Positions 13,991 through 26,972 of a stretch of 64,000 nt of DNA are shown here, piece by piece. The DNA lies in NCBI RefSeq assembly GCF_044704955.1, contig NC_091993.1:32674001-32738000 (forward strand), given 5' to 3'. Below the pieces are notes generated by a model that saw only the letters and a list, made by a program, of their open reading frames with translations, was not told the origin of the DNA and did not search any database. A program made the translations under genes and the position numbers. The DNA is from Pristiophorus japonicus. Lineage: Eukaryota. Position 1 is the stretch's first letter. Every line of letters starts with the position of its first letter.

Positions 13991-15259
13991 AGCGGCTATG
14001 GAGCAATGAGTCGCAACTATTGTCATTTGGACCCATCACAATGTGGATCGCAATTATTAGAAATCCAAGATTAATAAGCTTGGTGATAAAAATCAGACCA
14101 GTGTCAAAAATGGTCAACATTTTTTTATATATGTCAATTAATCTTTCAGCACTAACTTGGTCAGAGACATCTTGTCTCCACATCTCCTGAATGCCAACCT
14201 CCCTTCTTCACTCACACAGGCTCTGAAACAGAATGCAGTTAATCCCCCTGCATTACCCGAAGTGGGCAGTTCATCAAATTAAAGGGCAGCAGACTTAAAG
14301 GAAAAGTCAGTATTTTGATTCATTCCTCTTTTTCATAGATCGTCCCTCGGAGTCGAGGATGACTTATGGGTGGAAGATGCCTGTGAGTGAATTTTTTTAA
14401 TGTGGGGTGGCGTTGCACACCAGCTACCACACGGGCTTGACAGAGCTAGGTCTTGGTCCAATGGCAAGGGGATCCAAGACGATTGGAGACCAGGCTCCGC
14501 TGCATGGGCCTAGTACCTCATTCCCACAAGCCTTCAACTCCTCTAAAAACTGCACCGTCGCAAAAAAGTTTTTTTTAAAAATAAATTAAAATTGAAAGTT
14601 CAAGTAAATATCCTATAATTTATACTAGTGGACTATAATAATATAATATAGACTAGTGTTGTATTAGCATTGGTCTTTGAGTATTCTTTGTGTGTAAATT
14701 TAAATTATTTAAGCTCTGTATACTTGAAAAAATATATTGTTTAAGTAAATATTTTTGTGCATTTCTGCAAATCATTTAGAATATGCGAATAATAATAGTA
14801 ATTAGCAGTTTGCAGACAAGTGCATTGAGATGTGTCTGTTTCTCTGTTTAAAGCGCCTTAACGTTTTGTCGGAGCCGAGACTCCCGCAAACCCCAAGCTT
14901 TCATTCTGAATGAGGGTTGGAGAAAGTTTGTTAAACCAGCGAGGAGCGGATTAAAATTACAATTTGAGAAAGCCATTTTGCTTATCGGTCTAACTCTGCC
15001 ATTTGTGCACCTCCTAGTGTTTTGTCAATGTGTAAATAACATCTGTATTTTCTTAATATTGTACATTTAATGTCTGTAAATAAGCAGCTTTCCCAGGATG
15101 GAATCTACAAATTTTGGCCTGTGTAATGGTGGACAACATTTGGAGCTTCCCTGAAGAATTTTGCAGCCTGTTCTAGATATAAATGATCACTTGAAATAGT
15201 TTCTTTACAGAGTGTAAGCAGGTTGTTACGGTATGTTGTGTACAAGAGTATTTTCATAA

Positions 15260-15265
15260 AATAAA
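15260..15265 (+). terminator. Candidate distal poly(A) signal of ANKRD34C
   Basis: AATAAA at the end of an AT-rich UTR-like stretch. ATTAAA follows at ~15300, and more proximal AATAAA signals occur at ~11822 and ~13112. Confidence 0.35.
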
Positions 15266-15609
15266 TGAGTGGTATATTATTTGTGGCATATAACGTTGCA
15301 TTAAAGTGGAACAGATAATTTTTCAAAAACATTGAAGAACAAAACTCCTCCCCACTGCGCTTCAGTGAACCAATGGGCCGCTGAGATCACGGTCCAGCCT
15401 CACACATGGTTACCAAGTGAGGGGTCGGAAATTATCGATGGGCAGGAACCATAACTGTCTTCGGGAAGAGTTACTGCCTGAGGTGGGAGTTAGGAAGAAT
15501 AATTTAAAATGATCTGTGGATCAGATAGATCACCAACAGGGACACACTGTGGCATATTCTGTGGTCAGAGTTTCTGTAGCAACAGAAGTAACTGCCATTC
15601 TGCTGCCGC

Positions 15610-15945
15610 CTTAGGCGGTCCCTCCTATCGAGGATGACTTGCTTCCACACCAAAAGGGGATGGGTTCACAGCTGTTTCAATGAAGGCCCTAATATTCCAG
15701 GTCCCGAACTACATGTTGAAGGGTGGAAGATGCCTGTGCGTGGATTTTTTTTAACGTGGGGTGACCGTTGCACACCAGCCACCACACAGGCTTGACAGAG
15801 CGAGGTCTTGGTCTCGTGGCACGGATTAACCAGGACGACTGGAGACCAGCTCTGCTGCACGGACCTAGTGCACACACACATATCACAATGTGGGCTGGCC
15901 CGTGCTGCCCCTAAGCCCTCACCCCTTCTGGGCCCCGAACACATC
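15610..15945 (-). mobile_element. Short non-autonomous element with RTE-type 3' tail (other copies at ~14340-14515, ~30625-30860, ~42375-42610)
   Basis: Shared core GAAGATGCCTGTGCGTGGATTTTTTT-AACGTGG...CACCAGCCACCACAC, joined to GTCCCTC..CGAGGATGACTTGCTTCCAC. The latter is the reverse complement of the RTE 3' end at 33687-33730. Confidence 0.7.
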
Positions 15946-16849
15946 GCTCTGCAATCTCTTGCCCTGACCTCGCCGCTCCCGCTCCAATCTGCGACCTTGA
16001 ATTTTGCTGACATCCAATCCAGTCACCCTTCTCCAAGTTGTCCCCCTCCTGCACCAGCTCGCGCTGCTCCCAGGCCTTTTATGGAGGAGCACCGCCGCTC
16101 CTTTTATGGCCCCGACCTGCTGCTGGTGGTTTCCTCGCAGGTCGGGGTCCCCACGCTGCTTCCGCGCTGCACCTCCATTCCTTTTATGGCTTGAATACAG
16201 CCACCAACTCCAGTACTGCAACGGCGTTCATACAGAAATTAGCACACCCAAAACACCATTCTGCATACAATAGATGACGTTTTCCCCGAAGAGAATTAGA
16301 AAACTTACAAAAAGCCTTCAATATTCTTTTGCACACTGGGCAGGATTGTGCTGAGCCAGGCCAAGCAGGCTGCTCTGTCCATCAAGCTAATGAGCACTCA
16401 GGACAAATGACAGATTATGGAACAGCGTGAAGGGGTTGTTAGATCTCTTAATTTCCAATGAAATACGAACTCCGATTGTAGTTTTAATGTAACTTTATTC
16501 TGGCAGCAGCAACAAGCTCTTGGCTTTAAGCCAGGCCTTTGTCCTTCTGAGACCACATGGCCAAAATGGCTGTACTTATACCTGGTTCAATTTACAGAAA
16601 ATAACTTGCCTTCTTTGACCTTATTGGCTCATTTAATAGTCTGTTAACCTTTAATTGGCTCACTACCCAAGGTCCTAAAATGTCAAGTTGATTGATGACT
16701 TAATGCAATGTGGTCTGTGTTTTTTTCAAAACTGCAGCCAGGCTGCAGAGCTTGAATTCTCTATCAGGGGTTAAACGTCGGTCAGAACAAAAGTACAGAA
16801 ATAGGCTAGATTTAAGGGAGATTGAGTAGCAATGCTATGCCTGCAAGGA

Positions 16850-16991
16850 AAGACAGACAGAGCGAATGAGAGAGAGAGAGAGAGAGAGAGAGACACACAC
16901 ACACACAGAGACGGAGAAAGACACAGACGGAGAGAGACAGACACAGAGCAGGGGGTGGGTGATGGAGAAGGATCCAGGGTCCCACCCTAAG

Positions 16992-17026
<35 letters not shown>
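16850..17026. repeat. (GA)n/(CA)n and (GT)n microsatellites
   Basis: Directly visible. Confidence 0.9.
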
Positions 17027-19340
17027 ATCAATGCAAACCAGCCAATGTACTTTGCGAACTGTACAGGCAGCCTTTTCAGACTAAACACGCTCGGTGAACA
17101 GCTGATATTGATGCATTTATTAGAGTGCACAAGATGATTTGAAAGATTCCATGTACAAAATTCATACACTTAACCCGGGAGTTATTAATATAGATTGCAG
17201 AGTACAGGAATCAGCCTCTCCAAACAAAACTACAACTCTGGAGACTGACACTGGCAACGGACAGGAACAAACAGCCATTCACAAATGATGATTTAAAAAA
17301 AAAAGTTTAAATATATTTTTTTATTTGTGTTTGGAGATTTGAACTGATCCATGCGTTACATCAGCAATAACAGAGACTAGGTTAAAGACATAATTCAAAG
17401 TTCTGGTAAAAGTCTTATTTTGCAAAATCAGTAAAAATAGTGATTTATTTTTGCAAATACAAGTTCTGAAAGATGCAGGAGCGAAAGTCTTGGGCTGCAG
17501 GTTAAATCCCATCTTCATGCTGATGTGAAGCAGATTCAGAGTCAACGTGAAGGTGGTGTCAATCACTAGTCCAGCACCCAGACACACCAAGCCAAATAGT
17601 GCAAGAACCCTCGCCAACCACCAACGAGCCTGCTTTGCACGGCTGCTTGCTGTGGTTTAAAGGTTCCCAGGCAGGGAAAGCGATCCTGAATGAACGGATA
17701 CTGACTGCTGCCAGCTCTCCAACACAAATGAGCTTCCTACAAAGTGAGGGAACCAATCCAAGACTGGTAGCTGCAGCATGAACAGGCCAGTGCTGAGGAT
17801 CACCACCAGGCTATGGAGATGGCTGGCATACAATTTCCTCCCTGCTGTCTTTCCAACTAGCCCATGCCATTGGGGTTGGGGCTCAGGAGGTGGCTGGGTA
17901 ATACTCCACAAGGTGATTAATGCCTGTAAACTCACTCCCAGGCCATGCTTGCTCCTGGATCAGCAGCACTCGAGGCCTGGCAGAAGGAAACTTTCCACAA
18001 ACTACTCTTCAGTTGAGAACAGTGACTCTTTCTCCACTGTCCCCCACCCTCCTACCCCCCTCAATCTTGTGGAATTACACGCCGGCAGTCCAGAATAAGT
18101 GCCGCCTTCAGATAAAAGCAAGAAAGACTTGAATTTCTATAGCACCTTTCACTACCTCAGGACGTCCCAATATGCTCCGCAGCCATTGAAGTACTTTTGA
18201 AGTGTAGTCAACGTTATAATGCAGGGAAACACGTCAGCCAATTTACACACCGCAAGGCCGCACCAACAACAATGAGATAAATGGCCAGATAATGTGTTTT
18301 TAAAAAGAGATTTTAGATGCAGGATAAATGTCAGGTGGAATACTTGGATAATTCCTCTGCTTTTGAAGGTGTAGTTGCTGTTACACAAACAAATAGCAGT
18401 CACTTTGCACAATGCAAGGTCCCACAAATAGCTATAAAACAAACGACTTGTTCATCAGTTGGTGCCCGTTTGTAGGCATTGGTTGAAGATAAATGTTGGC
18501 CTAGGACACTATACAGTACTGCGGTGTCAGCCTAGATTAAGTGCTCGAGTCTCTGGAGTGGGGCTTGAACCCATCAAACATGGTACTGCCACACACTGAG
18601 CCAAGAACAATACCACGCAGGTGGATCTAGAGGGTGTGGAATAATTAGATGAGGGGGCACAGATGTATTTCAGTCCCATTTTAAAATCATAAGAATGGAC
18701 GTAGAATAATAGCACAAGTCCACATTTATAAATATTGTAACTTGTACATTGTAATTACATCCTCCTGCCAGTGGTGGCACTACAGGAGAGGAAAGGGTGT
18801 AATCGCACTGTGACATGTTTAAATAGCTAGTTCCCATTATAAATATGGACACAGGAATTTATAATGAGAGAAGTTGACCAGGTGGGAGCAAATGCAAATT
18901 GTTTCATTGGAGACAGGTGTTATAATTCCCATCTCTTGCCTACCTATAGCCCGGCCACTGCATCAGTCACCAGAGAAGTCAAATTGGGTTTTTAAACCAG
19001 TGTTTGAGATTGCGTGCTGCAATCCCACTGACCTTTCCCATCTGAAACAGAATCCAGTAGCCCTGCCATTGATGGATCGACCTTTTATGCCCCACCGCAA
19101 AGCTGAGTATTCGGAGTCAGAAAACCCCATTAAATTCAATTAACTTTAGTGTTTTGGGAGACAGTCATAAATTTAACTGGTTCCACCCAAACTCGAAAAT
19201 CTCTACATGGATCCCAGCCAAAAACAACTTAAAGCCCGAGAGTAGGCTCACTTTCAGAACTGGTATCTCAGAAACACATCATAGATACAAGCAGCTATAG
19301 GCAAGAATTATAACAACTTTTCCACTAGTGAATTAACATC

Positions 19341-19473
19341 TCAGGATTCTGGAGTATGAAGCAGTTGTTTGTCAGATTCATCAAGTTTCACCATCTGTGC
19401 ACTGAGCTCCCACAGTCTCTTGGCATCTTCATCATTTCTTGCTTGACTGGCAACCTTTTTAACAGCACAGTCA
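19341..19473 (-). CDS. RDH11/12/13-like retinol dehydrogenase, exon 7 (last)
   Basis: tttgacag|T GAC TGT... gives (S)DCAVKKVASQARNDEDAKRLWELSAQMVKLDESDKQLLHTPES*. Phase 2 matches exon 6. Confidence 0.9.
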
Positions 19474-19519
19474 CTGTCAAACATGAACAAGTTGGAATTA
19501 GTTTACTGCATACATCCAG

Positions 19520-19810
19520 ATGGCATAGATTTAAAGTAATTGGTTGGAGGTTTAGAGGGGATTTGAGGGGAAATGTTTTTACCCAGAGGGTGGTGGGCAT
19601 CTGGAACTCGCTGCCTGAAAAGGGTGGTAGAGGCAGAAACCCTCACCACATTTAAAAAGTACTTGGATGTGCACCTGAAGTGCCATAACTTAGAGCTATG
19701 GACCAAGAGTTGGAAAGTGGGATTAGGCTGGATAACTCTTGGCCGGCCGGCGCGGACACGATGGGCCGAATGGCCTCCTTCCGTGCTGTAAATTTCTATG
19801 ATTCTATGTG
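19520..19810 (+). mobile_element. CR1 3' end
   Basis: HRFKVIG...FTQRVVGIWNSLP and a TTTCTATGATTCTATG tail. Confidence 0.85.
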
Positions 19811-20753
19811 TGGCTTTAACTGTACATGGTCTACAGGGCAACAGGTTACAATGGGGTAGATGTTGAGACTTGGTGCGACAGTGTAAAAGAGGCAAGAGCA
19901 AATCTGCAGCCGTTGACTTCAGTGGAAATAAAACGGCGAGATGCGCGAAACAGGCTGCTGATTGGCTATCGCACAAAGTCAAAATATTTCCCAATATATT
20001 TCAGTTTCATTTTTTTAAAAAAACCTTTTGTCTTTAGGTATTGCCATTCCTGGTTATACAGATTTGCCAACTGATGGGGAACGAGGGGTCTCCTGCCCAC
20101 AGCCCCTTTTCTGCAAACATCTACTCTTTATTCTGCCAGGAGAGGTTGGGATGCAAGTTTTCCTTTCATCCCATTCCCTTTCAATCCACAAACAGCACAG
20201 ATACTTTCTCACAGGAGAACGTTACATTAGAGTAGCAGTAAATTATCCTAATTCCCAATGCCATGGTTGGTACAAACTGATCTGAGACACCAAAAAATGA
20301 CATTTGATTCCCAGACTGTGCTGCGTTAGCGGACCAGTCAGGTCACAGTAATGGTGGCACAGCTGGTCTCAAAGGCCACGGGTTGTGTAGGGGAGAATCA
20401 GCCAGGATTATGAGCCACAGCGTCTCATGCTGTTCCTACAAGTGTCAGTACTAGTGGCTGATGCAAACTTAGAATGTGTGTATAGTGCATCATCACTACA
20501 TAGCCATGTGGATATATTTATGTATATTTTTCATTGTACTGTAACACTAATTAGTGTACAATTAGAGGACCTTTATAGGTTACATACTCTCTGAGGGGCA
20601 CATTCATGTTCCTTAAAATGTCTCACAATGGATCAATGTGATACATGGCTAAACTCCAATACAGCAGCAAATTGAAAGAAATAAAAATTTGCATTTCTTC
20701 AAATGTCTCGAGAAGCAGGCCAACACGATGCCAAGTCAAGAATTCAACCTCAC

Positions 20754-20961
20754 CTGAAGTACAGGCCGCTGACATTGTCCAGCTCCTCAGCAACTGCACA
20801 ATAGATGCTCGTCTGAGCTCCCTGCCAAGGATTCTTGAAGGTCAACTTGGAAAATGGTGTGAAAAGCATCTTCAACATTAAAGGTTGACTCAGCAAAAAA
20901 TGACGTGGCAAGTCAGTCAATACTACTCCAGGGTGGAGAGAATTGGCAGTTACTCCTGTGC
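20754..20961 (-). CDS. RDH-like exon 6
   Basis: ttaag|GC ACA GGA... gives GTGVTANSLHPGVVLTDLPRH...KNPWQGAQTSIYCAVAEELDNVSGLYF, then donor GTGAGG. Missed by the ORF track. Confidence 0.92.
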
Positions 20962-21855
20962 CTTAAATCAAACAAAAACACAAATATGGGCACACTTCAA
21001 TGTGGAACAGATATATATATTTTAAACTAGTTTGCTGAGGATTAGTTCACTGGGACTTGGGCTTGATTAGAGTCCAGAATAAATGAGCCTGTAAATCATG
21101 CAATAATTTAGCATCAGTTGGGAACAATGATTACCAGTGCAGGGAGCAGAAAGGATTGCAGCAATCTTCAGCAGTTGCGGTTAAACAATATAGTCAGGGC
21201 TCAGTAAAAGGAACTCTGTCCTTGCATCTAAGCCCAGGCTATTGCTGACCTGGGAGCACTCAATGTTGAAGCACAGTCCACACACCCCGGTAGATATCCT
21301 TCAACTGCATAAGCACAAAGATCGCCAAAGGGAAAAAAAACCTCAAATCTTTAAAGTTAATAAGGATCCCAAAGCAGATTACCAGCTCCGTACCCTGCTC
21401 CTTCATTTCATAACAAAGAATTAAGTAATCTTTCTGAAGACAATGCATAGCATTACAAAGTAGTTACAGCACAGAAACAAGCCATTCGACTTAACTGGTC
21501 CATGTTCCACACAAACCCCCTCCCACCCTTCTGCATCTAACCCAAGGGAAGCTTTTTGCCTCAACCACTCCCTGTGGCAGCGAGTTGCACATTCTCACCA
21601 CTCTCTGGGTAAAGAAGTTTCTTCTGAATTCCCGATTGGATTTATTAGTGACTATCTTATCTTTATGGCCCCTTGTTCTCGTCTCCCTTTAACTGGAAAC
21701 ATCTTCTCTGCGTCTACCCTATCAAACCCTTTCCTAATCTTAAAGACCTCTATCAGGTCACCCCTCAGTCTTTTCTAGAGAAAAGAGCCCCGGCCTGTTC
21801 AACTTTTCCTGATGGGTAGAACCTCTCAGTTCTGCTATCATTCTGCAGCACTCAC

Positions 21856-21972
21856 CTGTTAGTTTCTTTGCCAGCTCCCTGGTGAACAGTATATTTGCAA
21901 GCTTGCTCTGTGCATAGCTAACAGCAGGATTATAGCTGATATCCAAATTAATGTCATCAAAATGAATTTTAC
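21856..21972 (-). CDS. RDH-like exon 5 (catalytic YxxxK)
   Basis: [39 protein letters not shown], with CAG acceptor and GTGAGT donor. Confidence 0.93.
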
Positions 21973-23495
21973 CTGTGTTTGAGAAAAGAATTAGAACAGC
22001 TGGTAACCCATATATTATCTTCAGTGATTGATGGAACGAACTTATAAAAATAGCTGAACTAGAAGCGACTGTTGTGTTTGGGCATTTCAGACAGTACAGG
22101 CTCAATTCTCGCTCCAATCGGTCTCCAGATTGTGCAGATCACATCAGTATCAACTCTCAGCTCCTGTGGTTCATTAAGTACAGTGCATGAGTTAATGAGA
22201 ACAGACTATTTTTTAAATGGAGACAAATTTAAATTTGCTAAATGTGTACAGAGGGTGCAACTGGTGGAGACAGGGGGGTTTCCTGCCCTGGTGGCAGGGC
22301 CCTGTATAAAAGACTGCACACCATGCTTGTCGAGTGCTCTGGAGTTTGGAATAAAGGACCAAGGTCACTACAGTTTGAGTACAACACATTGCCTCGTGGA
22401 GTTATTCACAAGTACATTATAGACATAACACCCCTGGTTCTAGACTCTCCAGCCAGGGGAAACATCCTCCCTGCATCTATCCTGTCAAGCTGTCAATGAG
22501 ATCACCTCTTAATCTTCTAAACTCCAGCGAATACAAACCCATTCTACTCAATCTTTCATCCCAGGAATTAATCTAGTGAACCTTTGCTGCACTGCCTTGA
22601 AGGCAAATATATCCTACCTTAGGTAAGGAGACCAAAAGACAGAGCTCCAGGTGTGGTCTCACCAAGGCCCTGTATAATTGCAGCAAGATTTCCTTACTCT
22701 CATACTCCAACCCCCTTGCAATAAAGGCCAACATACCATTTGCCTTCCTAATTACTTGCTGTATTTATGTTTAAAAGCTAAATTTTAGCAGCAGCTTTAC
22801 CCCAAGTTTCACAACACTGATCCCCAGCGTCTGTTCAGCCGGTGTGTTCAGACAGTGCACATCACCAGCTTGTAGATTACTCCAGCTTCTCAGTAAGTCT
22901 GAGCTCTACAAAGTGCGAATCTAGCTGGCTTATTGTATTCTGTGGTGCACATTTGCGAGGCACTCTGTCCTTGCTATTCCCCTTCATGCATTTCCAGTTT
23001 TCCCACCTTCCCATCTCTCCGGAAGCCACTGACGCTTTGCTGGGGTATAATTCCACAGGCAGCCCTCTAGTGCACCCAACGCAGCCATTACTCATGGTGG
23101 GAACATGACAGAAATTGTTAGCAGGCTGTTCAAGCAAAGCGGGCATCACAGCCGAGCCGGATCCAGTCCACCGCTTGCAATCAGGATTACTAGAGGGCAT
23201 GGTAGCATAGAGGCCTGGACTAATAATCCAAAGATGGAATTTTTACCGGTTTCCTCGTCCCTCGCCACCAGATATCGCCATTTTGGCCGCTGCAAAAATG
23301 TCCGGTTTTCAGACAGCCGGATTCTGGATGTTGTACCTGTACTGATCGAGCACCTGATTTCTCATTTCCCACCACTTCCCCCCTCCCCCACTTCAAACAT
23401 CGCCTACTCTGTCCACCGAGATCAGCTAACTAAGCACGGAATAACATTCTAGGGCTCAGCTACTCTGTGTTGCTGGGAATGGGCAATAAACTTAC

Positions 23496-23657
23496 CACTA
23501 TTGTGTGCTAGGCTGGACACGGTGACAATCCGACTGGGTGCGGACTTCTTCAGCAGGTCCAGAAGGAGGTTGGTCAGCAGAAAAGGACCCAGATGATTAA
23601 CTCCAAACTGCATCTCAAAGCCATCCTCAGTCTTCCACTTGGGGCACCTCATGATGC
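23496..23657 (-). CDS. RDH-like exon 4
   Basis: [54 protein letters not shown], with CAG acceptor and GTAAGT donor. Confidence 0.93.
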
Positions 23658-24307
23658 CTGGATATATCAATGGAAAAGTCACGTGAGAACAAAGCACTCA
23701 AGGCAATAGCCAGAGTGCACCAAACAAAGGGAAATGCACAGCATCTCGGACTGCATTGAGTCCAGGATTATTTTAAGACCAGGAAGAAAAAAATAAAATA
23801 TTGGTATTATATTCTAAAGAAAGCACGAACTATGTGTTCCTGATAAAAGTGTATAAAAAGACTGAGGGAGCGAGTGCTGCATTGTCGGAGGCGTTGAACC
23901 GAGGCCCCGTCTGCTCTCTCAGGTGGACGTAAAAGATCCCATGGCACTATTGGAAGAAGAGCAGGGGAGTTCTCCCCGGTGTCCTGGGGCCAATACTTAT
24001 CTCTCAATCAACATCACTAACTGATAATCTGATCATTATCACATTGCTGTTTGTGAGATCTTGCTGTCATTTAATGGCAGCTAAAGACTATGCTTCAAGC
24101 GTTATTCATTGGCTGTAAAGCACAGAGTGCCCCGAGGATGTAAAAGGCTCAACATAAATGCAATTATTTTTCTTCTTTCACTTACTCCTAATTGGTAAAC
24201 AGACTCATAGGGAAGGGAAAACACAATGAAAATATTGTCTGAAAATTGGAAACAAATACCTTGGAGCGAGCCCTGGGAGTCAGACAGCTCCTTAAACCAA
24301 CACTTGC

Positions 24308-24499
24308 CTGCATTATTGATGAGAATGTCTAGGCATGTTTCAGTTTCCTGGATCCTGTCAGCAAACGAATGCACAGACTGGAGCGAGGCCAAGTCCAGCT
24401 TGTGCACCAGGACATTCTTATTCCCACTCTCTTTCCTGATCTCAGCTGCCGCCTTCTTGGCTTTATCCAAATCCCGGCAAGCTAGTATCACACGAGCAC
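24308..24499 (-). CDS. RDH-like exon 3 (GC donor)
   Basis: GARVILACRD...LDLASLQSVHSFA...LDILINNA. The donor CAG|GCAAGT is in phase with exon 4. Confidence 0.9.
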
Positions 24500-25022
24500 C
24501 TGCAATCACAAAGTGAGGCTTATTATAATAACACAACTTAGAATCGTACAGCACAGAAGGAGGCCGTTTGGCCCATCGTGCCTGTGCCGGCTCTTTGGTA
24601 GACCTATCTAATTAATCCCATTCCCCTTGCTCGTTCCCCATAGTCCTGCCAATTTTTTTTCCTTTAAGTATTTAATACAAGGAAAGTGACCCTAAAACCA
24701 TTGTGAACCAGAGATCACCTAGCGTACATTCCGACATTGCAACAGTGACTATGCTTCAAACGTAATTCATTGGCTGTAAAGCGCTTTGGGATGTCCGGAG
24801 TTCATGAAAGGCGCTATAGAAATGCTATTTTTTTCTTTCCGGTTTCCTACAGGAACAATGCAGTGACAAGGCATGCTGGCCAAATCACTGCAGAATTAGA
24901 ATTGGTTCGCCAGAAACCAGAAACACTTTCACTCCCAGGCAGTCCAATATTATTAAAACAAGAGTGTTGCAAGGCAGGTAGCATCACACAAGACAAAGCA
25001 TTCTGATTAAAGGCAGGATTAC

Positions 25023-25163
25023 CTCTCCGAGCAAGGTCCTTGGCAGTCTCCTTTCCAATCCCAACATTAGCGCCGGTGACGATCACAGTTTTTCCATCCA
25101 GCCGCACTTTACTCTTGCAAACCGCACCAGAAAGCCATCTCCGCAGAACAAGCAGCCCAATCC
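25023..25163 (-). CDS. RDH-like exon 2 (TGxxxGIG cofactor motif)
   Basis: [47 protein letters not shown], with CAG acceptor and GTAATC donor. Confidence 0.93.
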
Positions 25164-26147
25164 CTGAAGGATCATTAACAACACAGGTCAGTCATTACTA
25201 ATCATGCTTGTGTACTGAATCAGTTCATGTAGCGTTCAGAACACCCATCCACTCCACTCCACACGGTGCCTACATATTGCAAGAATATGGCAGTCCAAAT
25301 TTTTGGGGCAGCGTTGGTGTTGCCAAATGAAAATTCCCACCTCCACCTCACCGATGCTGCTGCAGACAGAGCTGGGATTCTCATGGGATCTCAAAGTCCT
25401 GGCCACCCCGGACAGTGGCGATCCTTGAAGCATCAGCAGGAGGTAGCAGCCAAGAGCAGAGCTGAGATGAGGGGGCAGCAGTCAGGGTGGGGCAGGGGAG
25501 CCCGGAGGAGCACTCCAGCCCACAAGGAAACCTTAAAATAATCAAAAACTTGAACTTATCTGGGCCTCTTCTGGCCAGGGTTCTGCCCCCCTGCTGTTTA
25601 CATTGCGGGGGGGGGGGGGGGGGGAAGGAGGTTCAGGCTCTGGGCCTCACCGTCACTTGCATCGGGGTGCAAATTATGTCGTCGGATCCAGAGGTTTAAA
25701 TATTATCTAGGCCCCCGCCTCCCTGTGCCGAACGGCCCCAAGGATAACGAACACCCGGCAGTTAAAATGGCGTCAGGCGTAAATGCATCAGGAACGCAGC
25801 AGCACATGCCAGGCGGTCAGGGTTAAAATCGGCCCTGAAGCCTGCAGTCAGCATTGCACTTGGTATAATGCTTCACATGTCACAAGCTTACATGCATCAA
25901 CTTGCAATTACAGGTCAACTTTAGTCTTTTTTAAATCCCAAGGCGCTTCACAGATAGGCATAACAGAAATGGACACCAAGCTAGGAAGGGAGATGGGTTT
26001 TGAGAAGATTTTTAAAGAACAGAATTGAAGAGGTTTAGGGAGTGTTCATGATGGACGAGTTGTCAGCTACATTTGCCTGGAATCACTCCTGTGAAGCGCC
26101 TTGGAACGTTTTACTTTGTTAAACGTGCTAGTTGTTGTTGTAGTATG

Positions 26148-26427
26148 TGTTATGTATGCATGCTTGTATTGTTATATGATGTCTGTAACACTGAATGTAC
26201 CTTCACCCTGTACACACCTTACCTGTACACCAGAGGGTGCTGCTGCTGGAGACCTAAGGATCACCTGTACACTGCAGGTAACTAATATAAAAGGGAGCTC
26301 ACCTCTTGGTGTCCTCACTCTAGGAGCTACAAATAAAGGACTACAGTCTTCACAGTTTAAGTACCATACCCCTGCCTCGTGGAGTCATTAACAAAGTGCA
26401 TACATACATAATAACTGGCGACGAGGA
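26148..26427 (+). mobile_element. Gypsy-type LTR with primer-binding-site remnant
   Basis: Starts TGTTATGT, contains TATAAAA and AATAAA, ends near ACATAATA and is followed by the PBS-like TGGCGACGAGGA at 26416. No gag/pol follows. Confidence 0.65.
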
Positions 26428-26649
26428 TAATAGTATGCAGCAGGCAGTTGACAACCTGAGGACCACAGGAAGGTTCATCATCACGGTTATCAAGTACACA
26501 AAAGAACTTTCAAAGCAGATCATTACCACATTTGTTTTTCTTGAATCCAGTATTGGGTGCCGAGAAAAATTTGAACATGGGAGTCTGAACAGGAATGCAG
26601 ATTGAACTGTAGAGTATGAATCCCAACCTAGTCATTCAAATTTCACTCA

Positions 26650-26972
26650 ACAAACTTCTTCAGCGGCACCTCCCAAACCCCCGACCTCTACCACCTAGAA
26701 GGACAAGGCCAGCGGGCGCAAGGGAACACCATCACCTCCACGTTCCCCTCCAAGTCACACACCATCCTGACTTGGAAATATATCGGCCGTTCCTTCATCG
26801 TCGCTGGGTCAAAACCCTGGAACTCCCTCCCCAACAGCTCGGTGGGAGCACCTTCACTACATGGACTGCAGCGGTTCAAGGCGGCGGCTCACCACCACTT
26901 TCTCAAGGGCAATTAGGGACGGGCAATAAATGCCGGCCTTGCCAGCGCCGCCCACATCCCGTGAATGAATAC
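26650..26972 (+). mobile_element. Probable LINE 3' end, family unresolved
   Basis: Coding-like remnant with TGGAACTCCCTCCC (WNSLP), then AATAAA and a TGAATGAAT tail. Confidence 0.55.

Noticed and set aside
17321-18130. Cluster of short ORFs as further RDH exons or a new gene
   Set aside because: The RDH CDS already ends at 19341. No recognisable domain or consistent splice structure is present.
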